Source of the DNA: Octopus sinensis
Lineage: Eukaryota
Direction of reading: 5' to 3'
DNA length: 64,000 nucleotides
Assembly (NCBI RefSeq): GCF_006345805.1
Contig: NC_043000.1
Span: 7,068,001-7,132,000 of the forward strand
Shown: one piece after another, positions 12,365 to 24,677 of the stretch
How positions within the stretch are numbered: the stretch's first letter is position 1
Layout: every line of letters begins with the position of its first letter
The notes under the pieces: model-generated
The model's database searches: none
What the model was told of the DNA's origin: nothing
Seen by the model: only the letters and a program-made list of their open reading frames with translations
Position numbers and translations under genes: made by a program

Positions 12365-13221
12365 ATGCATACATATGCATGCATGCATACATACATATGT
12401 AAATATATATATGCATGTATATGTGTGTGTTTATGTTGCCTTGTCTTGACATCACATGGTGATTGTAAAGGAATGTCACTGATTTACAAGGACTATCATT
12501 TACTTCGAGTTTTCTGTGACAACATGCCTGTCCAAGGGTAAAATATTACCTTGCTTGAAAACAAGCAAAAGTTGGCATCAAGAAGGGCATTCATCAATAG
12601 AAAAACCTGCCTCAACAAATTTTGTCTAAACTATGCAGACACAGAAAGTACATGTTATGATTACGACAGTCTTGGTGGTGGTGGTGGTGGCGGTGGTGGT
12701 GAATACGAAATTAAAGGAGAACAGTATTAAATGCCTCAGTATTCCAGACATCTACTGATATATTATCAAGGCCAGTTGCCTTCCTGCTTTTGGTCTTTTT
12801 ATTCAGTATGTGAGTGAGTTCATCTAATGTGAGAAAAACCATGTTTATTATCAAGATTGTGTTTAATAGCAGTTTCTTTGGGTCTAACTGAAACTGCTGA
12901 GGGGAATTACCCAAAAGTTGAGTTGACTGTAATTTTTCAATCTTTCAAATAACTTCTAGTTTGTTTCTTAATCACAGACCCATACCTTTTACTTGTTTCA
13001 GTCATTAGACCGTGGCCATGCTGGGGCACAATCTTGAAGAATTTTTAGTTCGACACCAGTACTTATATTTTTTTAAAGCCTAGTACTTATTTTGTTGGTC
13101 TATTTTGACAAACCAAAGTTACAGGGACATAAACACACCAATACCAGCTGTCTAGCTGTGGTGGAAAACAAATATATACACAAAGACACATACACAGACA
13201 GTATATATATATATATATATA

Positions 13222-13430
13222 TGTTGATTCGTTAGTTACTGCACGCATTTTTTTCTCTCCTTCTTTCTGTGTTTTTTTTCTCTCTGTGTATCTTTCTGTT
13301 GAAGAGCGTAGGCTCGAAACGTTAAAGACTTGTTTTATTTATATTTCCTGAGCGCCATACTAATACAATTGTTTGTTTGTTTTCCACCTGCCTTCGTCTT
13401 TTATCTATTTTCATAAAGCTTCCCGTTATA
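13222..13430 (+). mobile_element. Penelope-like terminal remnant in (TA)n; inverted copy at 12110-12310
   Basis: Shared gaagagcgtaggctcgaaa motif and flanks; both copies abut (TA)n. This copy splits a family A SINE. Confidence 0.5.
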
Positions 13431-15317
13431 TATATATATATATATATAGGCTTCTTTCAGTGTCTGTCTACCAAATCCACACACAAGCACAAGGCTATAG
13501 TAGAAGACACTTGGCCAAGGTGCCATGCAATGGGACTCAACCCTGAACCATGTGGTAGGGAAGCAAGCTTGTTACCAAACTTATTATTAGGAGGAATTTC
13601 AACTGTGTTTTGTGGTCTACTACCACAACAGCTCCTTTATAGGATCCAGTTCACTCAAGACATCATCAGGAGGAACCACGTCCGGTTTCGGCCCCTACTC
13701 CTCTACCGTTTTGACATGGCGGGGGCCCCCCACCTTTCGGTGTCTTCAGCTCTGGTGTTGGGTGCATGTCTTCTTTCTTCTGTTCCCTGGCCTCTTCGAT
13801 GTAGCATCAACGAGTGTCAGCGGGCGACTGACCAGGATCATTAGCCCCCTGGACAAAATACCTAGTGAAATTTTGTTTGTCTTTATGTTTTGAGTCCAAA
13901 TTCTGTTGAGATCAACTTTGCCTTTCATTTTACTGGGGTTGATGAAATATATACCAGTTGAGCACTGGGTTCAATGTAGTTGATTAGCCCCACCACCAAA
14001 ATTTCAGGCCTTGTGACTATATTCTTTTACTTGTTTCAGTCATTTGACTGCGGCCATGCTGGAGCACCACCTTTTAGTCGGACAAATCGAACTCAGGATT
14101 TATTCTTTGTAAGCCTAGTACTTATTCTATCAGTCTCTTTTGCCGAACTACTAGATTACGGGGATGTAAACACACCAGCATTGGTTATCAAGCGATGTTG
14201 GGTGGACAAACACAGACACACAAACATATACACACACATACATATATATACATATATACGATGGGATTCTTTCAGATTCCGTCTACCAAATCCACTCACA
14301 AGGCTTTGGTCGGCCTGAGGCTATAGTAGAAGATACTTGCCCAAGGTGCCATGCAGTGGGACTGAACCTGGGACCATGTGGTTAGTAAGCAAGCTACTTA
14401 CCACACAGCCACTCCTGTACCTATTATTATTATCATCTTCACAACACCAGGCAAAATGATTAGCAGCATTTCATCTATCTCTATGTTCTGAGTTCAAATT
14501 CCACTGAGGTCGACTTTGCCTTTCATCTGTTTGGGATCAATAAAACAAGTACCAGTTGAGCACTGGGGTCGACTTAATCGACTTGGCCCCTTCCTCAAAA
14601 CTGCTGGCTTTGTGCACAAAATTTGAAACCATTATTATCATCCTCATTGTCATTAATATTGCACAACTGCTGTTGCTAAACTTTTGACAATAACAAAAAA
14701 GATGGAAAATAATTCAGCCCAACGAAGAAGGTATTCGTTCATCCGTACCAGAGATAAATGTAGATCAAATGAGTGAAAACTTTCTACATTCAAATGATAT
14801 AAAGAACTGAAGATGAAACACAGACTAGAATCAGATTATGCGCTTATATCCTGCCTTGCTAGTAAACATTAACACATGATCACTCATTCACTCTCTCTCT
14901 TTTTTCTCTCCCGCCTGTCCTTCCTCTCTCCCTCCATCACTCTTATCCTACCCTCCCTCAAAATCCCCTCCGACTTCCTCTCTTTCTCTCTCTCTCTCTC
15001 TCTCTCTAGTAATCCATGTGACCTCTCTGTGACAAAATAAGCCACTTGTTTGCATAATCATCAAGTGTATAAACAGCAGTTACTTTGTTTCAGAAGACCA
15101 CTTATGATATGTACGTGCAACAGATGTTAGTATTGGTGGTACACTACAACATAAAGGACACTCACTATCATCCCCCCTTTCTTTCACTCTCTCTCTCTCT
15201 CTCTGAAATATACATATATATATATATATGTATATACATACATCATGCATATTTGTGTGTGGGTGTATATATACATACATGTGTGCATGTGTGTGTTTCT
15301 ATATGTATGTGTGTGTG

Positions 15318-15400
<83 letters not shown>

Positions 15401-15805
15401 CAACACACACATACATATGCATACACACACACAAACACAAATACAAATATATACATATATACAGATATATACAGAAAAAGAGGCATAGACAGACAGATAT
15501 ATATAGACATATTCACACTCAAATACAATATATACACACGCACACATACATACAAAGAACAACAACAGTAACAACAAAAGTGGCAACAAAAACGAGCAGG
15601 CTAGCCAAGATTACACTACTAATCCAACATAGTAACTTAGTCTATGACTGCTGATTTGAAATGAACTGTGAAAATTTTGTTCAGAAGATAAAACTTACAC
15701 TAAACAAGAAGAGATAAAAGTGTTGGCAGACCAAATCACCGTTTCTATAACTTACAAACATCATCTGCATTGCTGGTAAATCTAATTTAGTGTGTGTGTG
15801 TGTGG

Positions 15806-15853
<48 letters not shown>

Positions 15854-16733
15854 CACACACACACACATATATATAAACTTAGTTGGAAATGGAAATATAT
15901 ATATAAATCTTTTATCTTTTACTTACTTCTGTCATTGGACTGTGGCAATGCTGGGGTACCACCTTCAAGGTGTTTTGTCCAACAACTTGAGCCCAGAACA
16001 TTTTTTGTTGTTGTTGTTAAAGCCACTGTTACTTATTCTATTCGTCTTTTCCTGTCAAATGGCTAAATTGAGGACATAAACAAACCAACAGCAATTGTCA
16101 TCAGGGGTGGGGACAAACACAAAGACCTGCACACATCATCATCATCATCATTTAGCGTCCGTTTTCCATGCTAGCATGGGTTGGACGGTTTAACTGGGGT
16201 CTGTGAAGCCGGAAGGCTTCATCAGGCCCAGTCAGATCTGGCAGTGTTTCTACGGCTGGATGCCCTTCCTAACGCCAACCACTCCGTGAGTGTAGTGGGT
16301 GCTTTTTACATATATATATATATATACATGTATGTATGCAAGACTGAACTCAGAACCATGTGGTAGGGTGGTTTGGAAGCAAACTACCTACCACCCCACT
16401 ATGCCTGCACCTTTATACATACAAGGGTGTGTATATATATATATAAATTTTTTTTAATTTTTATGTGCCCTTTTCAAGCCTAGCCAGGCTCATGAGTCTG
16501 GCTTCCCAGTTTCTATGGCGTATGTGTCACCAGTCCATCGCAGCGTTACTCAAGAAACAGGAAGAGCGAGTGAGAGAAAGTTGGGGCGAAAGAGTATAAA
16601 AGGGGTCACCACCACCCCCTGATGGAGCCTCTTTGAGCTTAGGTGTTTACTCTCAATAAACATACACAACGAAACCGCGATCTTCCGACCGAGATTCCAC
16701 TGCCCTAACCACTGGGCCATTGCACCTCCCCAT

Positions 16734-16781
<48 letters not shown>

Positions 16782-18148
16782 GCTTTTAATATTTAACCCT
16801 ACAGTCTCTTATGTGGTGGTTTAATAAAGTATGTGATTGAGTATTGTCTGATAATTGATATTTGATTTAGATGTATTTCTCCATTTTCTTATCTTGTATA
16901 TATATATATATACATACATACACATATATATATATATATATATTGATGAAAATGGTAAGACAACAAAAAAATGAAAGAGACCTCTATATTATGTAAATAG
17001 AGGAATTTATCTGTAAATGCAATATGTGACAATCATTCGGTAGCCATGATAAAAGTCCAAGTTTTGGATGCCGAGGTGGAAAAAATGCTATGAAAATAGT
17101 GATTTTATCATGGCTACCGTATAATTGTCACATATTACATTTACAGATATATATATATAAAGTGTATGATTAAGTTATAGAATGGAGTTCACTAAATCTA
17201 ACCATATTTGTCAAAAATGGAGATGTTAAAAATTTGTAAGAAGTTATTCATGCTTACAACCATTTTGTACATAGATATAAATTCATTTTCAGAATTTGCA
17301 AACATCAAAGTACTCATCAGTGCAGAAAAAATAAGAACTTAAAAATGAGCAGAGAAGTTGGACCTGTGAATTTCATGTCTATTTGTTCCTATCCCTGTGT
17401 AATAGTGATGGGAGTCATGTCAATTATTAAACCACAACTAATGGATGAAGAGAGTTAGGAGGTGATATAAATATAGAAATATCGATAACTTTCTCTCTAT
17501 AGAATGGCAAATTATAATTCCATATATGAAAAAATCATGAAGATGAAGAAAAGGCTTAGCATAAAAAATTAGGTTTGTAAAGCTTATAATAGAAAGTTTA
17601 TGGAGTCAGTGATCAAAACTATGGGGTGAGAAGAAGGAGTTTGAAAGAATGAAGTGGAATGTTAAGGACTTAATTTTTATTGACTTCCTCAAATGTTACT
17701 TGCATTTCAGTAAACCATTATAAAAAGAAAATAAGCCTGTCTATTCATTATGTATTTTATATATAATGACATTGTGTATAAAATGTAAGACAATATGCAA
17801 TATGCACATGCACACATGCATAAACACACATCATCATCATTTAACACTTGTTTCCCATGCTAGCATGGGTTCGACTGTCTGACTAGAGCTGGCAAGCCAG
17901 AGAGCTGCTGCACCAGGTTCCAGTCTAACTTGGCTTGATTTCTAAGGCTGGATGTCATTCCTAATGCCAACCATTTTACAGAGTGTGCTGGATGCTTTTG
18001 ACATGGCACCAGCACAGGGCTCTTGCAGGCATTAACACTTCTGCTGGAGGATGAGTCTCCCTTAGTACAGTAAGGCACCTGATATCTTGGTCCTTTGTGT
18101 GTGCGTATATATGATTGTACATATGAATGTGTGCTGCTTGTGTGAGAA

Positions 18149-18660
18149 CAACCTGGTAAACTTGCAAGGTCCTTCTTCCAGAATTCACTTGTCTGTGACA
18201 GAAAATACTCCTCCAGTACTGTTCTGACCTCGTCTACAGAGTTCATATTTTTTCTGTTCAAATGATTTTGAAGACAGCAGAATAAATGATAATCAGATGG
18301 AGCAATGTCCAGTGAATATGGTGGGTGGGGCATGGTTTCCCATTCAAACTGCTCCAGCCTTTGGAATGTCATTCTTGCTGTATGTGACTGAGTATTATCC
18401 TGATGGAACAACACCTCTTGTCTTGAAACCAAGACAGTTGTTTTTCTTCCAGTGCTGACTTAAGCTGCTTAAGTTGCTCATAGTAGATCTTTGTTATTGT
18501 TTGGTTTGGGTTTAAAAGTTCAAAGTGGACTAAACTTTTCATATCCCACCAAAGAGAAAACAACACTATATGTGGGTGAAGACCTTCTTTAGCATGCGGT
18601 GCCAGTGTTTCCTCTTTCCCTACCAACTGTCTTCGGCACTTAACATTCTTATATAGAATC
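18149..18660 (-). mobile_element. Mariner transposase fragment (DDD catalytic region), decayed
   Basis: WWDMKSLVHFELLNPNQT, FHQDNTQSHTA and HPPYSLDIAPSDYHLF. Confidence 0.9.
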
Positions 18661-18752
18661 CATAAATATATATATGTATGTGTAACATATGGTATAATTA
18701 TAAACTGGGTGAATTTTAGCCATTTCTCCACAGACTGAAAAAATGATGAAGA

Positions 18753-18794
18753 ACCTTAATCGATTTTTGAACCGTATTGGTTCTCATCAGAGGC
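18753..18794 (-). ncRNA. Degenerate minimal type I hammerhead motif (G12>A) in a Penelope-like remnant
   Basis: GCCU-CUGAUGA-GAACC-AAUAC-GGUUC-(A)AA-AAUCGAUU-A-AGGU. Confidence 0.55.
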
Positions 18795-19014
18795 GTCTAC
18801 ATCATTCTGACAGCCTCCAGAGAAACAAGCAGCCAAACTGTTTATACACTCAACAAATGCAGCAGATACTCTATGAAAGACTCCCTAATTTGCATACCAA
18901 AAGTGTTACTCTATGAAGGAGTCCCTAATATGCATGCTGAAAGTGTTTAATACTCTATAAATACCAGCAGCCTGTCAAAGGGGATCTTAGTCCACGCAGT
19001 ATCAATATGGTGGT

Positions 19015-20009
19015 AGGGCAACATTTCCCATTCAAACTGCTCCAGCCTTGCTGTATGTGGCCAATCATTAACTTGATGGAAGAACACCTTTCAACTTGAA
19101 ACCAAAGATGGTTGTCTATCTTCTAGCACTGACTTCAGCCGTTGAAGTTACTTGCAGTAGATCTTTTTTTTATTGTTTGGTTTGGGTTTAAAAGTTCGAA
19201 GTGAACTAAACCTTTCATATTCCACCAAACAGATAACAACACCTTACGTGGGTTAAGACCTTCTTTAGCCTGAGGTGCCGGTGTTTCTCTTTTCCATACC
19301 CACTGTCTTTGGCTCTTGACATTTTTATGGAGAACCAATTTCTCACCACCAGTCACTATTCAGTCCAAAAAAGGTTCATTTGTGAGACGTGACAGCAAGG
19401 AAGAGCACACATTCACTCTTTGCGCACGATTAGACTCGGGAAGTTTGTAAGGAACTTATTGACTCAATTTTCTGACTTTTCCGATGGCATGCAGGTGTAG
19501 ATGAATGGTTGAATGACCAAATCCAAGTTTCTCTGCTAGTTCTTCAACAGTTATGATGAGATTTTGCTCCACCAGGGTTTGCAGAACATCCTCATCAAGC
19601 AATACAGATCTTCCAGAATGAGGTTCGTCTTCCAGGCTCCAGTTTCCGGCTTGGAATTTCTGAATCCACTGTTGACTCTTGTCCAATCCCCATATATTGC
19701 ATTAATATTCCTCTCTGACCACCATAGACTGCATTAATATTCCTCACACTTTCTGTTGTGTTGTTGCCTTTATTGAACTCATAAAGCAAAATATGCTGAA
19801 TTTGCTCCTTTGTCACTTCCATTGCAGATTTGAAAAAATAACTGTTAAAATTGAACCACACTCTTCAAAATTTGACTAAGGATAAGTAAAAAAGGTAAAA
19901 TTACGACCTGCTTTTATAGCAGGTTGATGCAGGCAGTTTATCCAGCCCCGCTCCGACATTTATTTCATGTAATTGAAAAAAACCGCATTATTTATGGGAT
20001 GACCCAATA
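19015..20009 (-). mobile_element. Mariner element, 5' TIR plus N-terminal two-thirds of transposase, decayed
   Basis: TA-TTGGGTCATCCCATAAATAATGCGG TIR at about 19980-20009. Peptides HILLYEFNKG, SLEDEPHSGRS, VTGGEKLVLHKN and VLLSVWWNMKGLVHFELL, with frameshifts. Confidence 0.9.
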
Positions 20010-20689
20010 TATATATGATTCTAATTGCTGGTATGAACACCAAATTTTCTTATGCAACCACCAAGGAGTAAATTATCATTGCACAACTCTTTCTTTCTCT
20101 CTCTCTTCAATTCCTTTCCTCATTCAGCTAACAGAGAAAGAGAGGGGGGAGAGAGAGGAGAAGGGAGACGGAGGGAGAGAGAGAGAGAGTAATAACTGGT
20201 GTTTATAGTAGAAAACACAAATTACCACATGGTAGGACTGAGCCCAGATTGTTGTGGTTGCAAAGCAAATATCTTACCCACATAGCCATGTCTGTGCTTA
20301 TATATGTATAGATGTATACACATATACATATTTATATACAGAGGCATCTATATGTATGTATATACATATATACATAATCATACACATGCATGCATGTATT
20401 CACATAAACATACACACACACACACACACAAACACACATACAACTGTACTGCATATTTTTCTTCTTCAAATCTAAACATATCTTGATAGACATTTAAATT
20501 GTAAACTAACCTTGGCAGCATACATATACATACATTGCAAATCAGAATAAAAATATTTCAACGGGAACTCTTTCTCTAATATGTTGTGCAATTTCTAGTG
20601 AATGTCTTTTTGACATCAAGTTGAACTCTTACTTGGCAACGAGACCTTGAAACACTTTCTGAAAAATTAGTGGTGCTTCTCCCTAGTAC

Positions 20690-20785
20690 AAACCCAAGCT
20701 GAATCTCACCTGAACTAACGCTCTCCCTAATGAGTTGGGCTATGACCCTCTCCGTGACTTTCATCATCTGATTCAGATCTGATAT
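20690..20785 (-). mobile_element. RTE RT fragment
   Basis: QMMKVTERVIAQLIRESVSSGEIQLGFVLGRSTT matches the long RTE copies. Confidence 0.8.
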
Positions 20786-21252
20786 ATATGTATATATTCA
20801 TCTCTCTTTCTATCTCTGTCAGTCTGCCTCTCTCTCTCTCTCTCTTTCTATATATATATATATATATATATTCTTATCCTTGTTTCAGTCATTTGACTGT
20901 GACCATGCTGGAGCACCGCCTTTAGTCAAACAAATCAATCCCAGGACTTATTCTTTGTAAGTCTAGTGCTTATTTTATCGGCCGCTTTTGCTAAATCGCT
21001 AAGTGACGGGGATGTAAACACACCAGCATCGGTTGCCAAACAATGGTGTGGGGGACAAACCCAGACACACTCACACACACACACACATATACAACGGGCG
21101 TCTTTTAGTTTCAATCTACCAAGTCTACTCACAAGGCTTTGGTCAGTCCAAGGCTATAGTAGAAGGCACTTGCCCAAGGTAACATGCAGTGGGACTGAAC
21201 CCGGAAACATGTGGTTGGTAAGCAAGCTACTTACCACACAGCCACTCCTGCA

Positions 21253-21297
<45 letters not shown>

Positions 21298-21657
21298 AAC
21301 AGTCAGATAGATAGATATAGATATGTGGTGCATTGTTGTACTTTAGAAGACCCACACACCACAACAGAACTGAGATCCTAAAACTAAGGTGCTGTGTAAA
21401 AAGCATTGGAGTGGGTGCTGGTGCCACTTAAGGAGCACTTGTGATAGTGCCACATAAAAAGCACCCTGTACACTTTGTGTAGCAGTTGGTGTTAGGAAGG
21501 GCATCCAGCCACAGAAGGCAAGCCAAAACAGACTAAGGAAACTGGTGTGGCCCTTCGCTTTACCAGTTCCTGTCAAGCTGCTCCACCCATGCCAGCATGG
21601 AAAACTGATGTTAATGAAGAAATGAGAATTATGATGATGATGATGATGATATGTATA

Positions 21658-21736
<79 letters not shown>

Positions 21737-23220
21737 ACAGTTTGCAAAACCTAGCATCTGGAGCCTACACAGCTGTATTTAAGGCACAGATTCAATCATC
21801 TCACTACAGTCAAAAATTGTGAAGCATGACTGTCACCACTACTACATGAACCTGAAGATTGCAGAATTTAATGCCTGAAAGTACTAGTTCAATCAGAATG
21901 AACATTTAACATTCTACTATTTTATTTTATTCTATTATAATATATTATCTTATATCATTATAAGATTGTAAATAAAACGTGAAAATCAGACAAGGTTGGA
22001 ATTCCTTTTATTAATATACATATATATATATATACACACACACACACATGCACACACATATATATATATACATACATATTAATGCATACATATATATACA
22101 TACAGACCCCCTTCGGGATTGCACCTAGAAAGTTTCCTTCTGAAGCACAAGTCCAGGAAAGGTTGTTTATGAAAAACCAGCAGTTGTCCATTAATATTAG
22201 ACTCCCCCTCCCCTCCATGCCACTGATGTTATTCAAAGGAAAGGCAAAGAATGCTACAGCTTGGCACCAGTAGAGATTGCAGCTCATTTCTAATAAAGTG
22301 ACTTGCTCAAGAACATAACACACAGCCCAGTGTGAGAATTGAACTCACTACCTCATGATTGAGAGCATGACACTCTAACCACAGAGCCATGTGCCTTCAC
22401 TGATTCTTGAAAGAATTTAAAATTAGAAACAAAAGAATATTGGTTTCAAATTTTGGCAAAAAGAAAGCAATTTTAGGGGCTGGGGCAAGTCAGTTATATT
22501 GATTGCAGGGGCTCAACTGATACTTATTTTATTAATCCTGAAAGGGTGAAAGGCAAAGTCTACCTCAGCAGAATTTGAACTCGGAACATAAAGACAAACG
22601 AAATGCTGCTAAGAATTTTGCCAGCTTGCCACTTTATAGAAACAACAGAACAATGAGTAAGAATTTGATTTAGAAATGATCTTTTATTTAGAAGAGGCAT
22701 GAGCAACCATTTTTTGAGATAGGGGCTACATGACATTTAGTTCATCATCAAGTGGGCTGCACTACTACAAAAATTCAAACCAATTTTTCGTTACGTGTGC
22801 CATCCAGAAAGACTCATACACTGCCTACGACTGATTTAGAAGCATATTTGAAGTTCCCTCCCTTACCAATGTTGATAATAATTGTTGTTAGCACTAATAC
22901 CTTTTCTTCTCATTACAGGTGAAATTTTAATTAAAAATTGTATTTGCCTCACTACATTGTGTTGAGCTGCGGGTCTGTGAACAGAAAATAGCTGAGTGAA
23001 TGATAAAGGGGTAGTGAAGGCACTTATTCATATCTTGCCATCAGCAATCTGCCTTGAATAAGAGCAGTATAACAGGTATCACACAGAAGAAATTCGACAA
23101 TGGAATGCCAAACTGGAACCTAAAGTATTTGAAAATCCAACTCAAAAGAAATTAGAAGAGAAGCTGGAAGTCTCTGTTCTTTTCTTTTCTTTTCTTTTTC
23201 TTTTCCATGTGAAATATAAA

Positions 23221-23301
23221 TTAGCCCCTGAGGTTTTCGAACATTATGCTTGGCTGAGATAGTTGATAAATCTCATCTACAAGGTCTTCTTCATATTCCC
23301 C
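23221..23301 (-). CDS. Putative terminal coding exon, GEYEEDLVDEIYQLSQPSIMFENLRG*, product unknown
   Basis: Strong acceptor atttcttttttccctttctag|. Open only in phase 0 to TAA; protein-like composition; unique AT-rich sequence follows. Confidence 0.45.
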   Translation of the reverse strand, partial: GEYEEDLVDEIYQLSQPSIMFENLRG

Positions 23302-23808
23302 CTAGAAAGGGAAAAAAGAAATATAAATTATTTTACTCTAACAACTTTTAACTAAGCACTGAACTAGAAGAGGTAAGAAAATATAGACAAACAAGAGAGG
23401 GCTGGGTGAGGGTAGGGAATAAACAAATATTATTGCCTGGGGTGTGGCACAAGCAAAGTCGAAGCCCCAGTCTTCAATGATGTGTCAGTGCTAATAATAA
23501 ATACTGACCCTGTCCCACCCTACCCCATTCTGGCTCACAAATCCAAAGGTCAACTTTATAACAAAGATCAACAATTCATAGCAGAACAAATTGGTGTATA
23601 CTCCTGTGATTCTGCCTTTCACTCTCTCTCTCCCTCATCCTCCCCCCTCTTGTTCCTAAGACCACCACCAGTGTCCCCTCCCTTCTGTTCCTTCAATTAA
23701 GAATATCCTAGATCTATACCATGTAAATGTCATGGGTGGTGTAAATAGGCATGTAGGTAAGAGTGTGTATACTCCTGTCTACTAGTGTTGCGATTGTACA
23801 TATATAAG

Positions 23809-23846
<38 letters not shown>

Positions 23847-23879
23847 TGTAAACAAAGGCATTTATGAATGTGTATTTCC

Positions 23880-24300
23880 TATTACTGGCCAAATTTTTGA
23901 CCATTCTAAATTTAGAATATTCTTGGGATTCCACATACCTATAACTCTAGAAGCAGTTTATGCCTTGCCTGGGGCTTTGGCACATTTTACTACTCCTCTT
24001 CCTCTCTTTAACTGGTTCCTTTCCATTCACCTTATGCCTTTTTCACCTCAATTTCATATTGACCCCTTCAATAAATCAAGAATTCTTTATGAGTACTATT
24101 TACTTGAGTAATTTTAAATTGCTTTCTGGGTGTGATTTATCACCCTCTCCTTTCCCATACAGTTTTTCCTTCCACATTCATGAACTACTTTTTCTCTCTG
24201 CCTTGTTTGAAGAATTGACTCTTTCTACTTTTGCTTCTCCAATTCTAACTTCTTCCCAATTCATTCACCTTGTTTACCTCATCACACTTCATCTATTTAA
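23880..24300 (-). mobile_element. Decayed CR1-like LINE 3' remnant
   Basis: SRVIGMWN resembles the CR1 C-terminal RVVxxWN motif; strong purine skew. Confidence 0.35.
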
Positions 24301-24677
24301 ACCTTTCCTCTGACTCCACACATCTTTTACCTCGATTCCTTCATTATTTACTTGATTACAGCAGGTACAAACATGACTATGGGAGAAAAAAGGTGGAGAG
24401 ATATTTTACTAAAATTTTTCATGATTTTCAAAATCAATTATGAAGTGCATCCCATTAATTTTCAAACTTTTTTTAAAGAGAGGCAGTTATATAAGTCCTA
24501 AATTATTGTAATTTTAGTATAAAGTAAAAAGTAAAAAGTAAAAGGTAATTTTTGGTTATCTCACCCCCATTAAAATATTGCCATAAAAATTGGGTTATCT
24601 TCCCACTAAAAAATCAAGTTAATGTGGCAACGAGAGATTGGATTAAAAGAGTTAGATCCTTTTGATTTAATTAAAAT

